Shown: positions 1 through 12,040, counted from the whole stretch's first letter. The stretch is DNA of 62,724 bases, filler included, from Chiloscyllium plagiosum (GCF_004010195.1; 5 parts of one record of this genome joined end to end with filler, not necessarily neighbours in it); one strand, 5' to 3'. Notes: a model not told the origin generated them from the letters alone. Made by a program: numbers and translations.

Positions 1-217
1 GAATTCATTGCCGCAGAGTGCAGTGGAGGCTGGGACGCTAAATGTCTCCAAGGCAGAAATTGATAAATTCTTGATGTCACAAGGAATTAAGGGCTACGGG
101 GAGAATGCGGGTAAGTGGAGTTGAAAGGCCCATCAGCCATGATTGAATGGCGGAGTGGACTCGATGGGCCGAATGGCCTTACTTCCGCTCCTATGTCTTA
201 TGGTCTTATGGTCTTAT
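1..217 (+). mobile_element. CR1-type LINE 3' end (young subfamily, TCTTATGG tail)
   Basis: CR1 3' UTR hairpin GATGGGCCGAATGGCC followed by a (TCTTATGG)n tail. Near-identical copies occur at 29786-29901 (+) and 62408-62724 (-). Confidence 0.85.
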
Positions 218-810
218 ATTCTAAATTAATCTCGTCCCATTTGCCAGCATTTGACCCATATCCCTCTAAACCTTCATATTCATATACCCATCTAGATGCC
301 TTTTAAATGTTATGATGAGGAGGTGCTGATGTTGAACTGGGGTGGGTAAAGTCAGAAGTCACAAGACACTAGGTTATAGTCCAACAGATTTATTTGAAAT
401 CACAAACTTTCAGAGTGCTGCTCTTTCATCAGGTGATGTGGTGACAAAGGAGCAGTGCTCTGAAAGGTTGTGATTTAAAATAAACCTGTTGGACTATAAC
501 TTGGTGTCTTAGGCCTCTTAAGTGTCACAATTTTACTTGCCTCCTCCACGTCCCCTGGCAGCACATTCCATACATGCACCATGCTCTGTCTGAAAAAGTT
601 CCCCTTACGTCCCATTTAAATCTTTCTCTTATCTTAAGCATATGCCCTCTAGGTTTGGGCTCCCCTATTCTGGGAAAAAGACCTTGGCCAGTCACCCTAT
701 CATTGCCTCTCATGATGAACTTCAATAAGGTCACACCTCAGCCTCTGAGGGTGATGAATGTATGGAATGAGATGCCAGAGGAAGTGCTGGATGACTCTAT
801 GATTCTAATG
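218..810 (-). mobile_element. CR1/HER1-type LINE 3' fragment, interrupted by a palindromic PLE insertion
   Basis: Minus ORF 525-734 has the CR1 ORF2 C-terminal motif LFPRIGEPKPRGH..KIR. Confidence 0.75.
312..512. mobile_element. Palindromic Penelope-like terminal-repeat insertion, family A (degenerate hammerhead)
   Basis: Inverted arms GGTTATAGTCCAACAG..TTTATTT / AAATAAACCTGTTGGACTATAAC around TTCATCAGG...AAGGAGCAGTGCTCTGAAAG. Confidence 0.75.
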
Positions 811-814
811 ACAA

Positions 815-1480
815 ATACAAATAAATGTGAAAGAAGAACAGAACATCTCAGTTTCTTTTGAATTAGTTGAGCTAAATTTTCAACTCTCTGGTTTGGAGAA
901 TAATGTGAAATTTCAAGAGCAAAGGCTGAACAATTAGGCCAGGATTAATCTAAACTTGAGAATACCATTTCTGAGATGATGAAGGTTTTGAAAGACATTT
1001 CTGTTCAACACACAAGTATGAATGAATAGCTGAAGGAGCAAAAGAGGAAACAGGATGAACAACAAGCCATGTATCATCAATTCAGTGAAAAGTTTGCCAC
1101 TCTATGTGAAGGCCTGGAGCAACTCACACATAAGACAGATCAGGCTTAGCATGAGTGGCTACTGAAATATTGGCCTGAGACCAAAGTATGTTGGAGGAAA
1201 TGGCAGAGCTGCAAAAACAGGTGGAGGTGCATAGCCAACACAGCAAGGAGCTGCAAACCACTCAGAAGAGTCATTTCAGAAACTAATGCAAGCAATTACA
1301 CTCTCGTGAGAGAACTCAAGCTGGACATCGAGGAAACATTGAAACAGCAGGTGGAAGAGTTTCAGGCTTCAAAGAAAACTTTTTAAAAAACAATTTTACA
1401 AACGGGAAAGATCAATGATATCATGGGTGACTGTGGAAATCAATGGCAAAACAATCACCACCACGTGATCTAGAAGTATC
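815..1480 (+). pseudogene. Decayed coiled-coil coding sequence of unknown origin
   Basis: Manual translation across several stops and frameshifts gives Q/E/K/L-rich heptad-like peptides: ELNFQLSGLENNVKFQEQRLNN*, KLENTISEMMKVLKD..LKEQKRKQDEQQAM..LEQL, MLEEMAELQKQVEVHSQHSKELQ, LVRELKLDIEETLKQQVEEFQ. Confidence 0.45.
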
Positions 1481-1699
1481 AGCAAATTATTTACTCATTA
1501 TATAGACTTGTCATTTTTCATTGTAAATAATTGAATTTTCTTTTGGAAATGATGGGGATCTGCCTACCAGACAGTCTGACTGGGGATATGCAAACAGCAC
1601 ACTTGGACTCCAGTTATTATGCTATAATGTTTTCCTTATCACTTGTAATGTTTTATTGTCAATGCTGACTTTATATAAAACAATGTTCATCATCAACTG

Positions 1700-2735
1700 T
1701 GTTCTTCAGATACTGAGGCTGTGCCTACATGCAGCAAGACTGGATGATATCCAATCTTGAGCTGATAAACTAGCAAGTAAAACTGTACAACACAAGTGCC
1801 AGGCAATGTCCTTTGCCAAAAATAAAGAATATAACCTATTCTTTGACGTTCAATGGAATTATCATTGCTGAATCCCTACTATCAATGTCCTGGGAATTAT
1901 CATTGACCAGAAACTAAACTGGACTAGCCATATAAGTACAATGGCTACAAACACAGGTCAGATGCTGGAATTCTGCAGTGAATAACTTGCCTTCTGACTC
2001 CCCAAATCCTGCTCACCATCTACAATGCACAAGTCAGGAGTGTGATGGAATACTCCCCGCTTCCCTGCAGCTCCAGCAACACTCAAGAAGCTTAACATCA
2101 TCCAAGACAAGAGCTGAAAATGTGTTGCTGGAAAAGCGCAGCAGCTCAGGCAGCATCCAAGGAGCAGGAGAATCGACATTTCGGGCATGAGCCCTTCTTC
2201 ACAAGGGCTTCCTGAAGAAGGGCTTATGCCCGAAACGTCGACTCTCCTGCTCCTTGGATGCTGCCTGATTTGCTGCGCTTTTCCAGCAACACATTTTCAG
2301 CTCTGATCTCCAGCATCTGCAGTCCTCACTTTCATCATCCAAGACAAGTCGGCTCGCTTGATTGGCACCACATCCACAAGCATTCACTCCCTCCACCACC
2401 GATGTTCAGTTGCAGCAGTGTGCACTATGTACAAGATGCACTACAGTAACTCACCATGGCTTCTTCAACCGCATCTTCCAAATCCTAGAAGGATATGGGC
2501 AGCATATGCATGGGAACATCACCACCTACAAGCTCCCCTCCAATTCACACAACAGCCTGACTTGGAACTATATCGTTGTTCCTCCACTGTTGCTGGGTCA
2601 AAATCCTGGAATTCCCTTCTTAATGACAGTGTGGGGTTCCCTATGCCCCAAGGATTGTAGCAGTTCAAGATGTATAATTAAAGATGGACAATAAATGTTG
2701 ACCTAGCCTGCAACACAAACATCCCATGAACACAT
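1700..2735 (+). mobile_element. L2/CR1-group LINE (second family), RT C-terminus and 3' UTR
   Basis: Degraded motifs LQQDLDDIQS.ADK, HKCQAMS, LGIIIDQKLNWTSHI, AQVRSVMEYSP. The 3' end GGACAATAAATG is shared with minus-strand copies near 5715 and 58720. Confidence 0.7.
2112..2332. mobile_element. Palindromic Penelope-like insertion, family B, with intact minimal hammerhead core
   Basis: 16-bp TSD CATCATCCAAGACAAG (2096-2111, 2333-2348), inverted arms of about 90 bp, and CTGAAGA-AGGGC-TTAT-GCCC-GAAACGTC at 2212-2239. Confidence 0.85.
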
Positions 2736-3234
2736 AATGCAATCAAACACATTGCTAATCAAGTTCTTAGTAAGTTAAAATAAATAAATCACCTTCAGAA
2801 GCTTTTAAAATGTTTCCATTTGTACTTCTGCACCTCAAAAAAAAGCTTCAAATTTAGAGGCTCCTCAAAGCCTGCAAATGAGCATGAACAGCAGAAGCTC
2901 TCAGTGAGAATTACTTCACCCTGGGCTGGGATTGTGAGTGAGACTAATTTCCAGCATTATACTGCAAGATTATAAAAACAATTTGTTGTGAACATAATTT
3001 GTGCTTAGAATTCTGATTTTTGTTTTGTATATCTTATGCCTGTTTGAGTCAATTGTTCCAAACAAAAGCGGAAACTCTATCCTTATATTCTTCATACGTA
3101 TCAATACAAATCGATTTGGCTGTATTACACAAAGGGAGAATCTCTCACCTGCCTATGGCTCTCTGACTTATTTTCTCTGCATTGAAGAGGATACACATTT
3201 CTGCATGGTCTATGAAATGTCACTTCCAGTGGTT

Positions 3235-3912
3235 TTCAAAAATGAAGATATTGGCAAGAAGTTCTGTCTGGTGGCCTGGATTGGATGTATCAGTGGGGCA
3301 GTACCCAGAGTGCCAACAAGGACAAAAGTATTCACCAGTAGCACTCCCACATTTGTGGAATGGCCGGGTAAACCCTGGACTCAACTCCACATTGACTATG
3401 CAGATCCTTTAATGGGCTCAATGTTCTTAGACATTGTGGACACTCACTCAAAATTGTTGGATATGCATAGAGTTCATGTGTCAAACACAAGGTGACAATA
3501 GAAAAACTGCCCGGATCTTTTGCAATACATAGATTCCCAGAAGTGCTGGTCACAGAAACAGGCCATCGTTTACCAGCAGGGACAGAGTGGGAGGAACCTG
3601 ACCCGTTGCTAAAATGCCCCAGGAGGAGCTACAGGAAAAAGAATCAGCCTATGTCTTTGGAGTCAGAGAGCAGAGATGTAGTGATTGTAACAAGGTCAGC
3701 CAGGTGGATCTCATACAATATGAGTCCCCTGATTGGGGTTGTAAATCTGGCTCAATCAGGGACCCCAGGCTGACAGATATAAACAGGAGTGTCAGAGGTT
3801 CTGTTCACTCTGAGAGTTGGCTATGAGAGAGCTGAATCAGTGTCAAGGACTCTCCACGTGTAAATAAAGAGTGACTTGGTGACGGGATACCAGCCTCTGT
3901 GGAATTATTTCA
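3235..3912 (+). mobile_element. Gypsy LTR retrotransposon 3' remnant (integrase fragment + LTR)
   Basis: Integrase peptides KMKILARSSVWWPGLD and EWPGKPWTQLHIDYADPLMGSMFL.IVD.HSK, then a purine tract and an LTR. Confidence 0.8.
3677..3912 (+). repeat. Gypsy LTR (236 bp)
   Basis: TGTAGTGATT...AATTATTTCA ends, TATAAA 3778-3783, AATAAA 3863-3868, purine-rich tract directly upstream. Confidence 0.75.
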
Positions 3913-4069
3913 CCCCTGTTATCCCAACATTTTCCTATTAACAGATGGTGAGTTAACTGGCCTATCATTAACTGTCTTTTCTCTTTTTCCCTTTTGTAAA
4001 TTAAGCTGTTACGTTGACGGTTTTCCAATCCTTTGGGACATTTCCAGTATCCAAATACAGGACATTGGT

Positions 4070-4630
4070 GTGGTCTCTTTTGGAGTTCTGTATCCAGTGC
4101 TGGTCAGCCTGTTATAGGAAGGATATTATTAAACTGGAGAGGATTCAGAAAAGGTTTCCAAAATGAAGATGTTGGCGAGCAGTTGCTGGAAATGGAGGGT
4201 TTAGTTATAAGGAGAGCTGGATAGGCTGGGGCATTTTTCCACTGAAGCATAGGAAGTTGAGGGGTGACCTTATAGAGGTTTATAAAATCATGAGGGACAT
4301 AGATAAGTGAATAGCAAAGGTCTTTTCCCTCAGGTGGGGAGTTCAAAACTGGGGACATATTTTTATTGTGAGATGAGAAAGGTTTAAAAAAATATGAGGG
4401 GCAATGTTTCTACACAGAGAGTGTTCAGTGTGTGTGGAATGACCTGCCAAAGGAAGTGGTAGATGCAGGTACAATTACAACTTTGAAAAGACATTTGGAT
4501 AAATGCATGACTAGGAAAGGTTTGGATGGATATGGGCCAAATGCAGGCAAGTAGGATTGGTTTAGTTTGGAAACATGGTTGGCATGGACTGGTTGGAACG
4601 AAGGGTCTGTTTCCATGCTGTAGAACTCAA
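4070..4630 (+). mobile_element. CR1/HER1-type LINE 3' fragment
   Basis: GGGGTGACCTTATAGAGGTTTATAAAATCATGAG (GDLIEVYKIM) and 3' UTR GAAGGGTCTGTTTCCATGCTG. Confidence 0.8.
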
Positions 4631-4689
4631 TTATTACCAGTGCATGTACCATTGCTATCACTATTTCCTTTGATATCATTGGATGCATC

Positions 4690-5620
4690 CCAATAGGTCC
4701 AAGGAATGTGTTTGTCTTTAGACTGAATATTTCCCTAGCACATTTTCTCTTTTGACAGTTATTATATTTATTTCCATTCCTCCCTTTGCCCCTTGGTTAT
4801 TTAGTCATTTTGGGAAGTTATTAGTGTCTCCTACTGGGAAGACTGATGAAAAGTATTTATTCAACACATCTGCCATTTCCTGGTTTCCCATGATTATTTC
4901 TCAGCTTTGTCGTCCAAGTGGCCTATGATCACTTTGGCTTCTCTCTTCCCTTTTATACATGTAAAGAAGCTCTTACTGTCTGTCTTGATATTACTTGCAA
5001 GTTTACTCTCAATGCTTATTTCTCTCTCTTTATCAATTTTTGGTTGCCTTTTATTGCATTTAAAACCTTTCCTAATCCTCTAGCTTACCACTAATCTTTT
5101 CCACTTTGTATTACTTTTTATTTCAATTTGATGCTATTCTTTACTTTCCTGGTTAACCATTGTTGATGTATCCCTTTCTTGAATCCTCTTTCCCTCTCTG
5201 AGATATATGTTTGCTGCGAGCCATAGAATCATCTTAGAATCCCTACAGTGCAGAAAAAGGCCATTTGGCCCATCAGGTCTGCACCGACCATCCACAAAAT
5301 TCCCTGTCAAACCCGGTCCTCAACATATCCCTGTAATCCTATATTTATCATGGCTAATCCATGGCTAGCCTGCACAGTAGGGACAATTTAACATGGCCAA
5401 TCCACCTAACCTGCACATCTTTGGACTGTGGGAGGAAACTGGAGCACTTGGAGATAACCCACACAGACACAGGGAGAATGTGCAAACTCCACACAGACAG
5501 TAACCCAAGGCTGGAATCAAACCCAGGTCACTAGTGCTATGAAGCAGCAGTGCTAACCACTGAGTCACCATAGTTCCTGAGCCATGAACTAGTTTCTTAA
5601 AAGTGCTGTTGTTCCTCTTT
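4690..5620 (-). mobile_element. Older CR1 LINE internal fragment, split by a SINE
   Basis: Reverse strand resembles the CR1 endonuclease-RT linker (GNQEMADVLNKYFSSVF). Confidence 0.55.
5222..5572 (-). mobile_element. HE1-type V-SINE
   Basis: tRNA-like head TGGTGACTCAGTGGTTAGCACTGCTG, V-domain TGTCTGTGTGGAGTTTGCAC, CR1-like tail. Flanking GAGCCAT repeat. Confidence 0.85.
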
Positions 5621-5714
5621 GAGGAGTGCCAGCTTTATTTGTTAAAGTCAATTAATTAAGAAAAAGGATATTAGAAATATCTCAGTGATGGGAAGCAGAG
5701 TTGGCATGATATAT

Positions 5715-6125
5715 TCATTCATTTGCAGGATGTGGGTCTCATTGACTAGCCCAGTGAATATTATGCATCTGTAATTACCCTTTAGAATGTATTGGTGAGC
5801 TGTCTTCTTGAATCACTAATGTAGTTAAACCTACAATGCTGTATGGAGAGCGTGCCAGCAGTTTGACCTCATGGCAACTAAGGAATGGTGATGTAGTCAA
5901 GTTGGTTTTGTGGCTTGGAGAGGACTTGCAGGTGTTGTTGTTGCTGTGCATCTGCTGTACATGTCTCTCTAGGGGCTACTATATGATGAGCTTTAAAGGT
6001 ACCCTTGAAGTAGATTAGTGAATTGCTGCTGTGCATCCTGTAGATGGTACCCACAACTGCTTTTCAGCAACAATGGAGAGGGAGTGAATCTTTAAGATGG
6101 TGGATGGAGTGCTTTGTCTTGGGAT
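5715..6125 (-). mobile_element. L2/CR1-group LINE (second family) 3' end, degraded
   Basis: Reverse-complement similarity to 2340-2735 and to 58720-59120. Confidence 0.6.
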
Positions 6126-6209
6126 GTGGTGGTCTAAATTTGTTTAAGAACTATAACCTCGTGTGTGACTTTTAACTAAAGTTGTTTAATATATCATTAC
6201 AATTCCATG

Positions 6210-6390
6210 ACACCGTAACCCTTTTGCTATAAATTCTATGTCATATGATCATGTTCCACAACCACCTGATGAAGGAGCAGTGCCCCAAAAGCTAGTGCTT
6301 CCAAATAAACCTGTTGGACTATAACCTAGTGTTGTGTGATTTTTAACTCTGTCCATCCCGGTCTAACACCGGCACCTCCAAATCATGACT
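6210..6390 (+). mobile_element. Penelope-like terminal repeat, family A
   Basis: GCTATAAATTC...CCACAACCACCTGATGAAGGAGCAGTGCCCCAAAAGCTAG...GGACTATAACC: degenerate hammerhead plus the family A 3' end. Confidence 0.75.
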
Positions 6391-6437
6391 TGGTCTTTTT
6401 GAGCATTGTTGGAGCTTGATGTGAAGGGCAACCACTC

Positions 6438-8090
6438 TTAGAGTCATAGATTTATACAGCATAGAAACAGACCCTTCAGTCCAACTTGTCAATGCCAATG
6501 AGGTATCCTAAGTTAATCTGGTCCCATTTTCCAGCTCTTGGCCCATATTCCTCTAAACTCTTTCTGTTCATGTACCCATCCAGATGCCTTTTAAATGTTG
6601 TAAACGTACCAGCCTCCACCACCTCCTCCGGTTAATTTCATACACCCTCTGCATGAAAAAGTTCCCCCTTAGGTCCCTTTTAAATCTTACCCCTCTCATC
6701 TTAAACCTATGCCCTCTAGTTTTAGACTCCCCTATCCTGGGGAACAGACTTTGGTTGTTTACCCTATCCATGCATCTCATGATTTTATAAACTTCTATAA
6801 GGTCACCCCTCGGCCTCTGATGCTCCAGGAAAAATAGCCCCAGTCCCCCTATAGGTCAAACACTGTGGCCCAACCAATGTCCTGTACAGCCGCAACATAA
6901 TCTCCCAACTCCTGTACTCAATGCTCTGACCAATAAAGGCAAGATACCAAACACCTTCACTATCCTATCTACCTGCCACTCCACTTTCAAGGAACTATGA
7001 AAGTGCACTCCAAGGTCTCTTTGTTCAGCAACACGCCCCAGGAACTTACCATTAATTTTTTTAGTCCTGCCATGATTTGCCTTTCCAAAATTAGCACCTC
7101 GCGTTTATCTAAATTACATTCCATCTGACACTCCTTGACCCATCGGCCCATCTGATCAAGATCCCGTTGTACTCTGAGGTAACCTTCCTTACTGTCCACT
7201 ACATCTCCAATTTTGGTGTCATCTGCATACCTCCTATGTTCACATCCAAATCATTTATATAAATGATGAAAAACTGTGGACTCAGCACCGATCCCTCTGG
7301 CACACCATTGGTCACAGGCCTCCAGTTTGAAAAGCAATTCTCCACCACTACCCTCTGTCTCCTACCTTCAAACCAGTTCTGTATTCAAATGGCTAATGTT
7401 TTCCATATTCCATGTGATCTAACCTTGTTAACCAGTCTACCATGCAGAATGCCTTACTGAAGTTCATATATATCACATCCACTGCTCTGCCTTCATCAAT
7501 TCTCTTCATTACTTCTTCAAAAATCTCAACCAAGTTAGTGAGACATGATTTCCTTCACACAAAGTCATATTGACTATCCCTAATCACTCCTTGCCTTTTC
7601 AAATATATGTATATCCTGTCCCTCAGGATTCCCTCTAACAACTTGCCCACCATGTCAGGCTCACTGGTCTATCGTTCCCTGGCATTTCCTTACCACCTTT
7701 GTTAAATAGTGGCACTACACTAGCCAACCTCCAGTTTTCCAGCACCTGTGACTATTGATGACACAAATATCTCAGCAAGGGGCCCAGCAATCACTTCCCT
7801 AGCTTCCCACCACGTTCTAGGGTATACTAGATCAGGTCTCAGGAATTTATCCACCTTAATACATTTTAAGACGTCCAGCACCTCCTCCTCTGTAATATGT
7901 ACATTTTTCAAGATGTAGCTATTTGTTTCCCCACATTCTATATCTACCATGTCCTTCTCCACAGTAACACTGATGCAAAAATTTGTGTAGTATCTCCCCC
8001 ATCTCCTACCATTCAATACATAGGTGGCCTTGCTGATCTTAAAGGGGCCCTATTCTCTCCCTACTTACTCTTTTGTCCTGAATGTATTTG
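6438..8090 (-). mobile_element. CR1/HER1-type LINE, ORF2 RT region to 3' end, frameshifted
   Basis: Minus ORFs 7720-8016 (KVDK..PDLVYPRT..EAREVIAGPL), 6987-7199 (QRDLDQMGRW) and 6568-6780 (GESKTRGHRFK). Confidence 0.85.
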
Positions 8091-8950
8091 CATCACTTTT
8101 GGAGCTCAGCTCTTTAGCCCATGTTTAAATCAAGGTTGTAATGAGGTCATGAGCTGAGTGGCCTTGACCAAACTCAAACTGAATATCAGCTAATTGCTTA
8201 TTATCATTTAATAGCACTTGATAGCTGATAATTGGTTGGGTTGGATTTGTTGTGGTTTTTGTTACAACATACTGAAGTATTTATTCAGAATACTGAGCCG
8301 ATGACAGTAATGTAGCTATACTGGAATATTTGGCTTGGGATACATCAAGGTCTAGAACTCAAGTCTTCAGTACTGTTGCTAGAAAGATGTCAGGGCCAAT
8401 AGCCTTTGCAGTATCTAGTACCTTCAGCCACCTCTTGATATCATTCGGAGTGAATCAAATTGGCTGAAGACTGGCATCTCTGATGCTGCAAACTTCGGGA
8501 GAAGGGCGAAATAGATCATCCAAAATGGTTGCAAATGCTCTTTTGCATTGAGATGCTGGTGTTGAGGACATCTTGTGGAGCCGTCTCTTCCAAAGACTAT
8601 GTCATGATCACAATTACCAATATAATCATGGCTGGATGTATCTGTGAGAGGTAGATTGTTCAGAATAATGTAAATTAAGTATTTCTTTCTTGTTGCATCC
8701 CTTGCCAATTGCCACTGACCCAGTCTCGGAGGTATGTAATTTGGAATTTCATGAGTATGACTGCTTCTGGCTGTTGCTTGGTTGGTTTATTGTTGATAGA
8801 ATTGACAGGGCTGAGTTTGCCATTGTAGTTTCCCATGGCTTGATTGATGCTGGGTGGTCTGCCTGATTTAATTCCTTTTAGGCTTGATACTATAAGTGGC
8901 TTGCTAGAACCATTTCAAAAGAGAATTTAGAGTCAACCACACTGCTGATG
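8090..8950 (-). mobile_element. L2/CR1-group LINE (second family) internal fragments, degraded
   Basis: Motif remnants such as AGCCAATTTGATTCACTCC and AAGACTTGAGTTCTAGA on the minus strand resemble the family at 1700-2735. Confidence 0.5.
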
Positions 8951-8999
8951 TGGCAATATTGGAATGACCACCATCATGTTGGCATTGACAAAACTACTC

Positions 9000-9600
9000 T
9001 AAATCTATACTAATCTCACTTTCCAGCACTTAGCCCAAAGCCTTGAAAGTTATGACATTTCAAGTTTCATCTACGTACTCTTTAAAGACTGTGAGGTTTC
9101 TCATCTCAACTACCCTCACAGGTAGTGTAATACAGATTCCCACTAGTCTCTGGGTGAAATTAGTTTTCTCAAATCCTCCATAAACCTCCTGCACTTCACC
9201 TTAAAATTATGTCCCCTTGTTATTACTCTTCAACCAAGCAGAACAGCTGATTTCTATCCACCCTGTCACAATCCAATACACCGCTATCAGGTCCTCTCTC
9301 AAAAACCTGAGCCTATCAAGACTTTCTTCATTGTTAAAATGCTCCAATCCAGGCAATACCCTGGTGATTCTCCACTGCACCTCCTCCAATACAATCATAT
9401 CCAACCCATAATGCGATGACCAGAATTGCACATAGTACACACGCTGTGGTCTAACTAAAGTTTTATACTGCTCCAACATAACCTCCCTGTTGTTATAATC
9501 AATGTCATGACTGATAAAGCCAAGCATCCCTATGCCTTACAAATTACCATATTAATCTGTCCTACAACATTCAGGAAGCCCTCTGTTTCTCTGAGTTTCC
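9000..9600 (-). mobile_element. CR1 LINE ORF2 C-terminal fragment
   Basis: Minus ORF 9207-9527 contains YKTLVRPQ.VYYVQFWS.HY..D...LE.VQ. Confidence 0.8.
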
Positions 9601-10339
9601 ATTATTCTGCCATTAGATTTCTATTAGGTAAGGATATGAAGAGATGTTGGAAACACAGTTGATAAATGGAGTTCAGATGCAGCTACAGCATCAGGAGATA
9701 ACTGCAAAATGGAACTGGCTGGATAGAACAGAAAGTGTCATTTCTGTGTTGGGTTATCAAAGTTCTGCACTATCAAAGTTGAAGATGGAAAATTTACCCA
9801 ACACTGTTACAACTGGTCATAAAGGGCCTTTGATGTCCGCTGTAATTTGCTTTGCGGAGCTGAACCTGATGCTCTACGGGAGTGGTTCACCTCTATCTTT
9901 GCAGAATGGATGAAGAGAGTTGGCCAGGACTTCTGGCACGGGGCTATATTGAAGGTGACACTAGGATGCTTTTTGGGCATCCAGACGAAATCACTGCCAT
10001 GTTGTGGCACCCATGTTGTGCAATCAATTGAAAATCAAGTCCAAGCAAGACATTTCTAACTAAATTAAATGTTGGCAAGGCACTGTGAGCTGTTCAACAG
10101 TTGGTGGACGGTAAATCCCAAGTCTATTTTTCCCTACAACTGCTGCAGTTCTGCTTGCTTGCCCCTGGCTGTGCTATCATCCAGGGTTACAGATGAGGGA
10201 GGGAGCGCCTGATCAATTGTCCGCACTCCCTCCTTCCCTCTCTCCCAAAGCCTCTCCTCCTCCCTCCCTTCCTCTCATCTTTCTCTCACAATTACCCCAC
10301 TCCCCCATCTCTTCGCCCACATCCCCTTATTTCTCCACC

Positions 10340-10520
10340 ACCCACGCCTACGTCACCCCTCCAACCACCCTTTCCTTTTCTCTTTGTCTCTGTCCGGCTT
10401 CATTGATTAAATCCAAACCATCTCCTGGCCCCGCCCCATTAACCATATTAGGGTAGAAGGGGGCGTGGCGATGAGGGGAATGTGCGGGTCTTGGAAGGGG
10501 CGGGACCCTACTCTATAAAA
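10340..10520 (+). promoter_or_regulatory. Beta-thymosin core promoter: CRE half-site, GC boxes, CArG box, TATA
   Basis: TACGTCA 10349-10355, GGCCCCGCCCC 10427-10437, CCATATTAGG 10443-10452, GGGGCGTGGC 10460-10469, GGGGCGGGAC 10497-10506, TATAAAA 10514-10520. Locally CpG-rich. Confidence 0.8.
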
Positions 10521-10544
10521 GGTGGAGGCGGCGGCGCTGGCTAT

Positions 10545-10602
10545 TGTTCACGGATCGAGCGGCGGAGAGTGGTCAGTGTGGGTCTGGACAGAGACCGTGA
10601 GG
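10545..10602 (+). other. TMSB10: Non-coding exon 1 of beta-thymosin (TSS approximate)
   Basis: Starts about 25-30 nt after the TATA box; donor AGG|GTAAGG at 10602/10603. A non-coding first exon is the usual vertebrate beta-thymosin structure. Confidence 0.65.
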
Positions 10603-10778
10603 GTAAGGAGGGAGCGGCGCTGCCCGCGGGCAAGGGGGGGGAGAAGCATCCCCCCTCATCCCACTCCCCAGAAGGCAAGGAGGGAGCATCTCTCTTCTCC
10701 CCATCCCACTGCACAGAGCACAAAGAGGGAGCTTTCCCCACATCCCACTCTTCCTCCCCCCCCCCCCCACATCCCACT

Positions 10779-11538
10779 NNNNNNNNNNNNNNNNNNNNNN
10801 NNNNNNNNNNNNNNNNNNNNNNNNNNNNNNNNNNNNNNNNNNNNNNNNNNNNNNNNNNNNNNNNNNNNNNNNNNNNNNNNNNNNNNNNNNNNNNNNNNNN
10901 NNNNNNNNNNNNNNNNNNNNNNNNNNNNNNNNNNNNNNNNNNNNNNNNNNNNNNNNNNNNNNNNNNNNNNNNNNNNNNNNNNNNNNNNNNNNNNNNNNNN
11001 NNNNNNNNNNNNNNNNNNNNNNNNNNNNNNNNNNNNNNNNNNNNNNNNNNNNNNNNNNNNNNNNNNNNNNNNNNNNNNNNNNNNNNNNNNNNNNNNNNNN
11101 NNNNNNNNNNNNNNNNNNNNNNNNNNNNNNNNNNNNNNNNNNNNNNNNNNNNNNNNNNNNNNNNNNNNNNNNNNNNNNNNNNNNNNNNNNNNNNNNNNNN
11201 NNNNNNNNNNNNNNNNNNNNNNNNNNNNNNNNNNNNNNNNNNNNNNNNNNNNNNNNNNNNNNNNNNNNNNNNNNNNNNNNNNNNNNNNNNNNNNNNNNNN
11301 NNNNNNNNNNNNNNNNNNNNNNNNNNNNNNNNNNNNNNNNNNNNNNNNNNNNNNNNNNNNNNNNNNNNNNNNNNNNNNNNNNNNNNNNNNNNNNNNNNNN
11401 NNNNNNNNNNNNNNNNNNNNNNNNNNNNNNNNNNNNNNNNNNNNNNNNNNNNNNNNNNNNNNNNNNNNNNNNNNNNNNNNNNNNNNNNNNNNNNNNNNNN
11501 NNNNNNNNNNNNNNNNNNNNNNNNNNNNNNNNNNNNNN
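10779..11538. other. Assembly gap (760 N) in intron 1
   Basis: Run of N. Confidence 1.
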
Positions 11539-11576
11539 AAGAAGTGGGATGTGGGGGGGGGGGGGGGAGAGATTGA

Positions 11577-11963
<387 letters not shown>

Positions 11964-12005
11964 TGATTAACCGTTTTGATCTGAGTTAATTTCTTTCTTT
12001 TCCAG

Positions 12006-12040
12006 CTATTGATCAAGAGAAGAAGGCAGAGAGCAACTAG
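12006..12040 (+). CDS. TMSB10: Beta-thymosin, final coding exon
   Basis: Acceptor TTTCTTTCTTTTCCAG|CT after an 89-nt intron; completes (T)IDQEKKAESN*. The full protein is 44 aa. Confidence 0.92.

Noticed and set aside
3001..3495. 164-aa ORF with hydrophobic N-terminus as a secreted protein
   Set aside because: GTG start; only the C-terminal part is meaningful and it is Gypsy integrase.
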